DNA of 63,642 bases, the filler included, from Choristocarpus tenellus KU-1152 (Eukaryota > Protista > Phaeophyceae), in the NCBI GenBank assembly GCA_964200185.2. It is 11 parts of 11 records of this genome, joined end to end, with 100 filler letters (N's around TTAATTAATTAA, not from the genome) between each part and the next. Parts side by side here need not be neighbours in the genome. Positions count along the whole stretch, not along the records: positions 1 to 15,953 come from CAXNAD020000897.1; positions 16,054 to 19,836 come from CAXNAD020017948.1; positions 19,937 to 23,103 come from CAXNAD020021824.1; 8 more parts are not named here. One strand, 5' to 3'. Position 1 is the stretch's first letter. Every line of letters begins with the position of its first letter. Of the stretch, positions 11,601 through 22,768 are shown one piece after another. A program made the position numbers and the translations under genes. Below the pieces are notes generated by a model that ran no database searches, was not told where the DNA came from, and saw only the letters and a list, made by a program, of their open reading frames with translations.

Positions 11601-14526
11601 AATACAAAGCAGGGGAAGATCTCCCAGTGGCCATCTCCAGACCGTCAGAGGATTTGTCAGTGGACAACGTGATTGCGGAGATGGAAGAGAAGGCGAGGAG
11701 GGCTAAGGAAGTGGGGGTGGCCAAGCTGGAGGACTACATGGCAATGGAGAAGCAGCAGGAGGCGAGAGAGGTCCAGAGGGTGGCCATACTGCTGGAGTAT
11801 AAGTTAGAGGAGCATGACCGGCTCATCATGGAAAAAATGGCACTGAAAATACAGAGGCTTGTTAGGGGGATCCTTGGAAGGGCCAGGGTGCGCAATCTCC
11901 AGGATGGTGCTAGCAAAGTTGCCAAGAAGGTTGGGACATTGATTTTCGAGTTGTGGAGGGGAGGCGCGAGGTGATTTCTGTGGGTGCTTTTTGCTTCTTC
12001 TCGAGTTTCACGAATTGGCAGGAAGGAAAATGAAGGTTTTAAGGGAATGCCTTCAATGGTCGGATCTGTATCTTGCACTATCGCAATCTGTACCATGTGT
12101 TTAGGGTATTGCATGATATTGATTGTGCTAGGTTTTCTCTATAGGTTGGTTGGGATGGGACTAGTTCCATTTAAAACACCTTTATCACCTGGTGGAACCT
12201 GTGTATGTGGTTGGATTGTTGCAGTTACATAAGTAGCCCTAGCCTCTCTCCAAGCTGTAGGACATTTTCTTGGACCATATCATACTAGGAGTGTTTTCCG
12301 TGTTAGAATTCACTCACATGTTAGCGTTTTAGTTTCAGGAAACCCCATATCGTCTCCTGCTCTGATCACCCACCTCTATTGTAATCCCTCTTTGCAGTAC
12401 TTTAACAGGAAATACATACGAGGCAGAGAGTGGTTGGAGGTGGAGAGATGAAGAAGCAATTCCCTCACACTATTGAATATTTCATGTTGGTTTCCTGAAC
12501 ATAATCAAAGAACCAAACCATTACCCATATTATATGTGTGTTCCACTTGAACTTGCTTGCAAGTATGCTATACCTCACCTTCCCTCCCTCCTTGTTCTTC
12601 CTCATTGCCCCCTTCCCAATCAATGTTCTTCTTCTTCTGTTGCAGGAATGGGTTGCTACTAAGATCCAGTCACTCTCTCGGATGCACTCCACGCGTGCTA
12701 AAGTGGCCAGGATACGAAAGCTGCAGCAGGAGGAGCGGGTGGTTGGTGGGAAGGCGAGAGACATACAGCGTGTCTTCCGTGGATTTATTGGTCGCAGAGA
12801 GTACCACATCCGCCTGAGGGACTTCAATATCAGAAAGCTACAAAGGGTTGGAAGAGGTTTTCTAGGCAGGTGATTGCTCTACGTCAAGACCTTGCGGTAA
12901 TCGATTTTGTGCAATTATGTGTGGTTTTGTTAAGAGTGATGGTTATATGTGTGGCTAGTGAATAGATGTGTAGACAGGGTTATGACTACTGGGATAGGCT
13001 CAGTGCTTTGTTTGCTCATAGATAGAATTTTTGCTCACAGATGTGTCTTGGGGCACAATTGCCCAGTATCATCCTTCAATATTCAAAAGGCTAGGTGAAT
13101 TTAATTATGTGGTGCAATAGTGGGAAGGGGGGCGGGAAAGCAGGGCTCACTGCAACAGTACTGGGATGGTATACATTCTACTTTCTTCAAGGGAAAACTA
13201 TAGAGCTTCCTTGATAAACACACATATTGCAGTTGTTGGTGCGTAATTTCTACCAACTGAAACAAGTAGAGTCCATTCGAAGAGGCTGAGGGAGGTGAGT
13301 CTAATGATCCGCCCAGTGTGGTGTTTTGCCTTCAACCAGCCGTACAGGTATGTAGATATCAAGTTCTGCACATGGAGATGTTCCCAGTATGCTGGTTGCA
13401 AGCAATATCCAGCTTCTTCAACCCAAACACATTCTCAACTGTACCACACTTGCTTGACCGCTTTTTTTTTCAGGCGTGTGGCTCTCCGCAAAATCCGACA
13501 ATTAGAAAGAATTGCAGCCCGAGCTTCAGCAGCAACCTCAATCCAATCATTATGGAGGGGAAAAATTGAGAGGGAGGAGTATTTCAAAACCCGAAGCTCT
13601 TCGATAGCCAGTAGAGAAATCCAGAGAGTATTCCGTGGCCATCTGGGGAGGCGAGCTGCTAAACGCAGGAGGGATTGGGAGGCTGCCACCCCCGGGCCTG
13701 AGCGACTAAAGCTTGGACTGAAGATGATTGAGGATACCAAGGTCCGATAATCAGGGAATGAGGGAACTTGTACGGTAATTGCAACTGATGCGTGTCTACG
13801 CTACGCTACGTTGACAGTGAAGCAAGACATAGCAGTGGTGGGACTAGGGATATTGGGACTGGGGTACTAGAGAAGACCTGCAGGATCACCCAAGTTTGTA
13901 GGCACCTTCACTAAGCACTTAATCGACTGATGGTGAACTTGGATTACAACGTCAATCTGAACGAATTTATAGCACTTAGCCTTCAGCACTTCTGGGTAGA
14001 AGATTGAAAGCATCTTAGAGGGTACGAGTTTTTCTCTGTTTGTCCATTTGGGACTTGGATTTCCACAGGTATTTAAGGACAATTTACCTACTCAAAAATG
14101 GTTCGGAGTAGGTAAAGTGTATACGCTATGGAAAGGAGTGTCCAGAACAAGGATATTGACTTCTCCTAACAAAAATGATAGCCAAATTTTATCTAAATAG
14201 CCACATTGGATTTTGGCCCCCAAATGGACGCGGCTCTACCCTCTAAGATACTTTGAGTCAGAAGTTAACCCCACATGGATGATAAATCCTGGTTTGCATT
14301 TGAACTTAGAGTCATGGGCACACCCTGTTGTTTCATTTACATTTTCTGCCCTGTTCTATCATGGCTCGTTTCCCCCTCTTGTCAGATAACCTTTGAGCGG
14401 CAACAGGGGGAAATTGCTGCACTACATCGCGCCCAAGAGAAGGCTGAGGCACGGATATCTTCCATCCATCACCAGCTCAAAATGTCGGAATCAGAACTCG
14501 GAGTACTGGAGAGTGAGCTAGCGCAG
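2698..14526 (+). CDS. Giant multi-exon protein, 3'-partial: dynein-stalk MTBD-like domain + alpha/beta-hydrolase-like domain + IQ motifs + coiled coil
   Basis: GT-AG exons at about 2698-4104, 4436-4795, 5076-5882, 6210-6305, 6530-7107, 7719-7981, 8429-8609, 8887-9713, 9965-11929, 12646-12869, 13474-13741 and 14386-14526. MTBD-like: AQMAINGLTTRDICELRSFVTPPAAVNMVVAALMIVL..SWTTAKRYM..FRPEFVARVSLPASKLCGWI. Hydrolase-like: VVVHDFFD..NIPGQAGT..FHLVGIGNGASVA..KGGHE. IQ motifs include KIQRLVRGILGR, DIQRVFRGFIGR, SIQSLWRG and EIQRVFRGHLGR. Confidence 0.85.
14002..14259. mobile_element. MITE family A (intronic copy)
   Basis: Terminal inverted repeats (TIRs) GATTGAAAGCATCTTAGAGGGTA...TACCCTCTAAGATACTTTGAGTC, with TSD AGAA on both sides. 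Confidence 0.9.
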
Positions 14527-15695
14527 GTGAGAGCTTAATCAGCTGTTCACAAAAATTACTCATTCTTCACAACATACAACTCAGACTGAATGTAAAAAAA
14601 AGACTGGGTCTTTTAACAGCGTAAAAATGCTTTCTGCCATCCGAGATGCTATACAGTGATGCGTCTTTACATTTTTTGGAAGAAGCATCTCTCATTGGCT
14701 GATAAGCCAATGCTGCTCTCTTGTTGAGCTTACTCTTCAAACCAAAAAATATGGCCAGCACACCTTGTTCAGCTAGAATTCGACATGAGAATATAAGGAG
14801 GCAGTACCACTGACTCATTGACCAATGAATGGCAATTATTCACCCAAATTCTACAATTGGATCGCAGATCTTGTTTCCTCCCCCCCTGCCCCCCCTAGTT
14901 AAGACCTGGTCTATATGCTGCAGCCACGGTCCCAAGTTTCACCTCTACAACCTCAAGAATATTACATGCTCTGAGTATGGTTCAACCCAAAATTTATCCA
15001 ATGCAGAGGGTTTTGTTGGGCATTTCCGAGGGTCCTATTTACTAGTTACTTGCATGTAGCTCTCAAAAAAGGACTACAGTGGTAGATTTTGTTGGGGTTC
15101 TGTAAGTTATTGGCTGGGATGTCAATCTTAGCCTACCTTCAATATGAATCTAGATTGAGCAAGACTTTCTCTTGATGAACAGATGCAATAAGTAGTCAAG
15201 ATCTGAGGTCAAAATTCGACTTTCGGTTATGTAACAAGTTCTGCTTAATGATGTAAAAATATTTCTTGTGTGGGTTCAGATTCTCTTGCACAATCTTAAC
15301 TGAACCCAACCTATGTTCAAGAAAACTAGTGAGATACAAACAACGAATGCAAGTGATATAAACCTTGATCAATGTGGAGTTACAAACCACCAAGGATTAA
15401 TGTAAGGTATGTCTAACTTGCTGAACTGTTTTTCTACATTTTCTAGGTAAAATATTCACAATGCCAGCATGATGGTATCACTTGGGGCATGATGTACAAA
15501 TGCAATTATTGTACACCATATCTTTGAACCACCCACTAACTTCACCTTGCTGTCAACATACTGTGGGCCGTAGTATACTAGAGGGGAGCATGTTTAGCCC
15601 AGGTTGTCCATTGGGGGCTTGATGAGTTGTTGCAGGATACCCCAATTCGATAACTGTTTTTCGGGTGATCTTCCTTCGAATTTGGTTCAGGCAAA

Positions 15696-15953
15696 GAGTC
15701 AAGGTATCTTAGACGGTAGAGCCGCATCCATTTTGGGGGCCAAAATTCAATGTTGCGATTTTGATGAAATTGATGAAATTGATGAAATTTGGACTATCGT
15801 GTTTGTTAGGAAGTGTCAGTATCCATGTTCCGGACACACCTTTTCATAACGTATACTTTTCACCTGCTCCGAAACATTTTGGAGTAGGAAAATGTCATTT
15901 AAAGAAAACATGGGACGCCAAGCCACAAACGGACAAAGGCTCAAAGTATCTGG
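15696..15953. mobile_element. MITE family A interrupted at 15938 by the end of a family B MITE (contig end)
   Basis: Begins GAGTCAAGGTATCTTAGACGGTAG with family A internal sequence, then GGCTCAAAGTATCTGG. Confidence 0.85.
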
Positions 15954-16053
15954 NNNNNNNNNNNNNNNNNNNNNNNNNNNNNNNNNNNNNNNNNNNNTTA
16001 ATTAATTAANNNNNNNNNNNNNNNNNNNNNNNNNNNNNNNNNNNNNNNNNNNN
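15954..16053. other. Artificial contig linker (also at 19837, 23104, 27193, 34764, 39434, 43562, 47769, 56162, 60741)
   Basis: N44-TTAATTAATTAA-N44, giving stops in all six frames, occurs 10 times. Confidence 0.99.
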
Positions 16054-16119
16054 CAACACAGGGGGCGGCGCAGGCGACAAAAGCCACCCCCTTGCTGTGG
16101 GAGCAACTGTCATGGTGTT

Positions 16120-17060
16120 TTCGGGCAACAGGCGGTCTTGGGCAGTGAGAAGGTCTAGGAGTGAATTGTATTCGAAACCGGGTGTACGATGTTTGAGTTT
16201 GAAGAGACCTGTTGAACCAAAATAAAATCCGTGTTCTGGAAAACGCGTTTATTCTCGCTGTGATGAAATAAAAACTAGATTCTAATCTGGTCTCAGGCAA
16301 CAGTCGGTCTTGGGCACAATAGAATTGAATTCGAAGCCGGGCGTATGAACGATGTTTGAGCCTCGGGCGATCCGTCGGACCACCCTGAGATTCATGATCC
16401 GGAAAATACGTGCATCATGGTTTTTAGAAATTAAAAATTCGATTATATTCGTAATTTCAATTTAAAAAAATACAAAGCACATACTTAATTGATCTTGTAC
16501 GTTTCCAATGCTCCGAAACCAAAAGGTAAAAAAAACTGACACCCTCTAATTGTTTTAAGTACAAAATCTTATATTGTTCGACATTTGTGTTTTTAGAAAA
16601 GCGGTTTTTGAGTTTCGGGCGATCCGTCGGACCACCCGAAACCCTTGAACAGCAAAACACGTGCATTAGGGTTTTTAGAAATTGTAAATCCGATTATATC
16701 CGTACTTAAATTAAAAAAAAATACAAAGCACATACATTATTGGTCTTAAATGTTTCCAATGTTCTGAAACTAAAAGGTCACAAAAAACTGGTACCCTACA
16801 ATTTTTTTAAGCTTTTGGATTTTCGGGCGATCCGTCGGACCACCCGAAACCCTTGAACCGCAAAACACGTGCATTAGGGTTTTTATGAAATAAAAATAAT
16901 ATTATATTCTTAATATCAACAAATACAAATACAAACCACATACTTCGTTGATCTAATACGTTTGAAAAGTTCCGAAACGAAAAGGTCACAAAAAACTGAT
17001 ACTCTCTATCTGTGTTAAATATGAAATCGTATACTGTTTGATGTTCGTATTTTTTAGAAC
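16120..17060 (+). repeat. Tandem repeat array (three ~210-250 bp units, each starting with an imperfect palindrome) upstream of ParB-like ORF A
   Basis: TCGGGCGATCCGTCGGACCACCC occurs at ~16363, ~16615 and ~16823, each followed by AAAA(T/C)ACGTGCAT... A second shorter duplication lies at ~16122 and ~16296. Confidence 0.9.
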
Positions 17061-17227
17061 ACAATTATCAATGGAAAGAGAAATCTGGGTTCTTTGGGCA
17101 CCAACCGACCAGATGAAATAAAGCAGCACCTCCCAGCCCTCACTCCTCATTTCCATTCCTTCCCTTCCACACATACCACCAGCAGCTCTTTTTTATCTAT
17201 CCCCGTCACACCTTCCCAGTTGTCTCC

Positions 17228-17674
17228 ATGTCCAACATTCACTCAACAACGACCCCCCTGCGCGCCGATGGCACTGCCCACGGATCGAGAGCGTCGGACA
17301 GCAATGTCAAGGGCATGTCCTCGCTCCTTGAACATCACTACCTCGGCATGTACAAGATGAAACTCGGCAGCATCACATGCATGGAAATGGTGCGTCCACT
17401 GAGCGAGCGTGGCCTTGCGCGCGCCAGCAAGTCTATCTGTGAAAAAGACTGGCTCGAGCAGTTTGCTCTGTCCATTGTCATCCAACGAGACTGCTTAGGC
17501 AACGGGGACCAGCTCACAGCCGACAATGCGCTTGCCGTTCAAGGACGAACACTGGATGGAAACCATAGAATAACGGTGTTGAAGAGAGAGTTTGATCACA
17601 AACGCGCTTTCATGATGCGGGTCTACATGGAGTTCAACCAAGCAGAAGAGAGGCTAATTGTCAATGGTGGGTGA
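17228..17674 (+). CDS. ParB/Sulfiredoxin-like N-terminal domain protein (copy A; probably exon 1)
   Basis: VRPLSERGL..SI..W...SIVI...LDGNHR matches the ParB/Srx pattern (R..L..SI...G, then DGxHR). Identity to 21273-21719 is ~62% by hand alignment. Likely GTGGGT donor before the apparent stop. Confidence 0.75.
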   Translation: MSNIHSTTTPLRADGTAHGSRASDSNVKGMSSLLEHHYLGMYKMKLGSITCMEMVRPLSERGLARASKSICEKDWLEQFALSIVIQRDCLGNGDQLTADNALAVQGRTLDGNHRITVLKREFDHKRAFMMRVYMEFNQAEERLIVNGG

Positions 17675-18059
17675 TGGAGTGCTGTCGTTGTTCCATGATC
17701 GCCTGACTCTTCTGATCAACTAAGCAACAAAATAAGTTGAGTGTTGTCATTGTTCCATGATCGCCTGATGACTCTTCTGATCTATCAAGTTGTTGCCGTG
17801 TTTCCTTTGTTTGGTTCATCGTCAGTCAGCCCGTTGTTGATCTTTTTGTTGTTGATCTTTTTGTTGTTGATCTTTTTATCCCTCGTGGTCTTTCTGTCAG
17901 CAGCAACATGTTGCTCACTACTGCCTGCCGCGTGTGTTCTTCGACCGCTTCCCACCTATCCTTTGCCCCGTTCGCCCACTGCACCACCACGCTTATAGCA
18001 TTCAATGAAGTCATGTACACGACGATCAAACGAAATCATTTCCACCCCACACACTGTCC

Positions 18060-19777
18060 TACTACCACCTTCGTTGGGATGGATTCCCATTCGTATCAGG
18101 GTCCTTCAAAAGCGCCGCAACATTTAGAAAAAAAACATATGGGCACTTTTCGTGCACCATTTGGGTCAAACTCATCCTCCATACAATGCTCCATCCTCAA
18201 TTTTGGTGATCGACTGTTCCCAGTAGAAGTAAAAGGGGAATGCTATTTTTAGGTTTCATGTTGTTAATGGATGATGATTGATTGCCCCAGAACCTCATGC
18301 TTGAAAACTCAACGCTCAGAACCAAGGGGGGGGGAAGTAGGCCTAGAGAAAATCTGGTGATGGTGCCTCCAATAAGACTCAAACATGTTCATAGATGCAT
18401 GAAGGTTGGAGCTAAGCACTTATTGGATGCCTGAAATACTGCTGAGGTTGAACCAGTCACAGCCCGTCAAACAAAATTGGCCTTGATTACCAGCCATGTG
18501 TAACAGTGCCTGGTGAGCTTAACTTCCCTTTTTTCCTTTTCTTCTTTGGACCCGGAAAGGAGATCAGGTTCCTTTGCCTAACCTATTATACTCTTCTTGG
18601 TGTTGATGATTGTAGGTTGTATCTAGTGGATGAAAGGAATTAACCTAGATGCCCCGATGTGGATATGGATATGTGCCCCTTCTTGAACCAATTTTGGTCC
18701 TTGATGCTGGATCTGATATTTTATTTGAGCTTTCTTTCTGCTTGCTATTTTCTTATCTGTGTGGACTTGATTGACTGATGGTTATGCCTTCTTTAGCCTT
18801 TCTTTCTATGTATTTTCTTCTTTGTGTGGACTTGACTGATGAACCTACTATTTTTGGGGCACATACTGTAGGTCCTACATCTTTCCCCCCCTCTCTATTG
18901 CATTGCCTTTCTGACCAAGGTTTCGAGTATGCTGGATGTTGCTACCTTGACCTCGACAATATCTGCCAATTATTTTTCTTTATTTCGAGTATCACTTCAC
19001 ATACTTCAAAATAATGTGTGATAATTAATCAACCAAGCGTACAATACGATAATCGAACTTGTGTATGAGAACGTAATCAACACGGAGGTACACCTTGTCC
19101 CCCTGTTTCTCCATACACATGCGGGGGACCGTGTCCCCCTGGGGACAAAAAAAAGTGTTTACAAGTGAAACCCTGTTAATCTCTGCAAACATCAACAGGT
19201 GCTTGCCATTGATACTCAAGACACCATTGCCACATATATGCTCCAATTACCCTTCTGTTGAGATGCCCCCTCCCCCTGTCTGTCCTTCCAGCGCAGATGT
19301 TTGAGTCCATTAGTCTTCTTTTTTCCTTGGGGATTTGCTGCACCACAGTGTCCAACTTCTCCCGGAAAGCATATCTGATTATCTTTGTGTTTTTCTGTTG
19401 GGGTGTATCCTACAACAAAGGAAACCCTCCTGGTTGAACTCCTGTTATCAGTAAGTGAACCTTCATCATTCACTCACCGAAGTATGAAGAATTATACTTT
19501 ATGGGCGGCCTGTTTTAGGACCGACTTCCTTCACTGGCAGTCCAACTCCATAGTTGCCTCTGTTGTAGTCATCTCTAATGAAAATTGTGATGTAGTTCAG
19601 CTCGGACCGTTCAAGGCCAGCTTTTCTACCTTGTCCACTCTCCTGGAGCCCAATCACATTACACCCCAAAGCCCTAGCCCGCCTCATCAGTACTACCACA
19701 TTCTCACCTCGTTTTTGCCATTCGTTGCATTCGTTAAAATTTTTCAATTGGTTGTTTAGAATGTCATACTTTTTCAT
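18060..19777 (-). mobile_element. Degenerate LINE (APE endonuclease and start of RT, RTE-like)
   Basis: Frameshifted motifs CNVIGLQES..GVG, SFVVGYTPTE and NGKHLLMFAEINRVSLVNTFF..RVDYVL. KAKEPD resembles KAPGPD (~18570). Confidence 0.75.
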
Positions 19778-20288
19778 TTTTTTTCGCCTTGCTTGACCTC
19801 TACCGCACGAGACCCAAAGTATCCGGAAGGGGGGGGNNNNNNNNNNNNNNNNNNNNNNNNNNNNNNNNNNNNNNNNNNNNTTAATTAATTAANNNNNNNN
19901 NNNNNNNNNNNNNNNNNNNNNNNNNNNNNNNNNNNNATGTAGTACAGAGGGCAAGTGGCTGCCACGTGCAAGTAGAGCTCTGCGCCCGGCCCACACACCT
20001 CTATTCCAGGCGAAAGCTTGCCCTTGAGCTGTCTGTTGTTGGCCACATGAAGTAGACGAATGCACTGTTCTTCTTGGTCTTCAGGAGAGATCGAACTGAA
20101 GGCCTCTGATCGAGAGTTGCACACTTCGAGATCACCCCACACAGGGAGGTCATTTCCGCCGACTTTGTAGTCTTTCCCTTCAAGCGGGAACAAGGCCATT
20201 TCCGCCGGATTCGAGGACAAGCTTGCACGCGGCTGAATATTTTGGAAGACAAAGACATCGGTGGGGTTGGGTGGGGTCGAGGGATGTT

Positions 20289-20342
<54 letters not shown>

Positions 20343-21272
20343 AGTACGGCGATTCATGAATGTTCGTGATTTGGAGGTAATATCGTCCGAAGAAGGTGGT
20401 GCAAAAGCGGCAACCTTATTGTGGCAAAAAGTCGAACACACTAACGATGCAGTACTTACCTGTAAGGCCCATATTTTTGTACACGACGTATTTAGGTGCC
20501 GCATTAGGTAGGTTAGGACTCGGGAATAAAAAAAATAGTCTTTTCTGCGTTCTGGTAACTAAACTCTGCCGTTCGATCTTCACAAAATACGTAAGTTAGC
20601 GCATTCTATACCACATTCACCTCGATCTGGTAGCCGAATTCCGTCGCCACCGTCTTCACAACGAAAATGGTCGCCTCATCGCGTCCCATTGCCTTTCCCT
20701 GAGGATGGACGGCCTCAGCAAAACATCGCTGCGTCTCCGTTAGGACGAGGGTCTGCCCCAAGGCTTCCGGCAGGCAGGAAGGGTCTATCACACGTTCTCG
20801 AAAAAGAGACGTGGATATCTGGAACATCATGTGCGTACATGTGATCGCCCAACAATGTGGCAGTGAAGTGGGTTAGCCATGCCATAAGGTTTTGTCACAT
20901 ACGTATGGGTTATTCTGGCGTTGGTTAAAAATGTTGTGGTGCACTGCAGCACGTTTGTTTTTTGTTCGTGCGGGGAAGGAGGACATTATGACGGGACAAG
21001 GGTTAGGTGGGGAGCGATTGCGGGACACATGCGGTCTGCGGCACCAAGAAACATGTTGCTGTGGACAGGAATATCACGAAGGATAAAAAAGATGAGCAAC
21101 AAAAAGATCCACAATGGGCTGACTGACAATGAACATAGCAAGGAAACTCAGCAACAACTTCGTATATCAGAATAGTCATCAGGCGATCACAGAATAACGA
21201 AAACACTCAACTTACTTCGGTGCTTAGTTGATCAGAACGGTCAGGCGATTATGGAACCACGAAAACACTCCA

Positions 21273-21719
21273 TCACCCACCGTTGGCAGTTAGACTCTCT
21301 TCTGCTTGGTTGAAGTCCATGTAGATCCGCATGGTGAAAGCGTGCTTGGGATCAAACACTCTCTTCAGCACCATAACTCTATGGTTTCCGTCCAATAAAT
21401 GCCCTTCAATGGCAAGCACAGTTTCGGCGTTGAGCTGATCCACATTACCTAAACATTCTCGCTGGATGACAACACTTGGAGCAAACTGATCCAGCCAGCC
21501 TTTCTCCTTTATAGACTTCTTCACGTGCGCAAGGCCACGCTCGCTTAAAGGACGCACCATATCTGTGCATGTGACGTGAACGAGTTTCATCTTGTACGAG
21601 CCAAGATAGTGTTGGTCTAATAGCTGGGATATGCCCTTCGGGGGTAGGTCCCGCGTTCTGGTTTCCAAACTTTTCCCGTTGGCGAGCGGGTGGATTGTTG
21701 TTCTTGGAATGTTGGACAT
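21273..21719 (-). CDS. ParB/Sulfiredoxin-like N-terminal domain protein (copy B; probably exon 1)
   Basis: VRPLSERGLAHVKKSIKEKGWLDQFAPSVVI...LLDGNHR. Same 148-codon length as copy A with no indels, and homologous flanks. Confidence 0.75.
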   Translation of the reverse strand: MSNIPRTTIHPLANGKSLETRTRDLPPKGISQLLDQHYLGSYKMKLVHVTCTDMVRPLSERGLAHVKKSIKEKGWLDQFAPSVVIQRECLGNVDQLNAETVLAIEGHLLDGNHRVMVLKRVFDPKHAFTMRIYMDFNQAEESLTANGG

Positions 21720-21779
21720 GGCAAAGATTGGGAGGGTGTGATGGGGATGGATAAGTAAGAGGTCTGCGTGGTATCTACG

Positions 21780-22715
21780 GAAGGGAATGAATTGAAATGA
21801 GGACTGAGGGATGGGAGGTGCTGTTTTATGTCGTCTGGTCTGTCGATCCTCAAAACTCAGATTTCACATTTTTTATGAAAATTGAGTTACAAAAATACGA
21901 ATATCAAACAGCATAAGATTTCATATTGAATTGGGACAGAGGGTGTCTGTATTTTTGTGACCTTTTCGTTTCGTACGTTCCGAACGTATTAGATCAATGA
22001 AGGATGCGGTTTCTATCTATATTTGTTGGTGTAAAGATTAGAATATCATTCTACTTTTGGAAAAACCCTAACGCATGTGTTCTGAGTGTTCAACGTATCT
22101 ACTGAAGGGAATGGATTGAAATGAGGACTGAGGGATGGGAGGTGCTGTTTTATGTCGTCTGGTCTGTCAATCCTCAAAACTCAGATTTCACATTTTTTAT
22201 GAGAATTGCGTTACAAAAATACGAATATCAAACAGCATAGGATTTCATATTGAACCGGGACAGAGAGTGTCTGTATTTTTGTAAACTTTTCGTTTCGTAC
22301 GTTTCGAACGTATTAGATCAATGAAGGATGTGGTTTGTATCTGTATTTGTTGGTGTAAAGATTAGAATATCATTCTACTTTTGGAAGAACCCTAACGCAC
22401 GAGTTCTGAATGTTCAACGGTAAACAAGATTACCGGTAACCGCGAATAGCATAGATCCGCTTTTTTATGTTATCTAGTGTTTATTTAAACCCTAAAGACG
22501 CCAAAAAGTGAAATTAGGGTTTATTTAAATAGTGGGTACCAGTTGGAAGGACTTCTTAGGTTTTCTGAAAGTTGGAAACGTGTGAGACCCCTAAAGTGCG
22601 TTCTTGGTATTTAAAAAAAAACTAAGCACGGTTTTCAGTGGATTTAGTATTTTTTTAAACCCTAACGGACGTGTAAAGTAGCATAACCCTTAATCGTGGT
22701 TTGTGGTAACCACTA
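21780..22715 (-). repeat. Tandem repeats upstream of ParB-like ORF B (~320-bp duplication plus a diverged unit)
   Basis: 21780-22100 is repeated at 22104-22420, with a diverged third unit reaching ~22715. The reverse complement is homologous to the 16.3-17.1 kb units. Confidence 0.85.
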
Positions 22716-22768
22716 TCTCGTAAAGAGTCACTTCTTATCGACTTGTACGTTTATGACAATCGCTATGT

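Noticed and set aside
16361-16849. CRISPR array built from the palindromic repeats
   Set aside because: The intervening ~180-220 bp segments are homologous to each other, so this is a tandem repeat.
17228-17674. Sulfiredoxin gene
   Set aside because: It has DGNHR rather than the catalytic GCHR, and it occurs in a multicopy repeat-flanked context.
20242-20511. Poly-Gly / poly-Pro ORFs
   Set aside because: They are translations of a ~50-nt G homopolymer.
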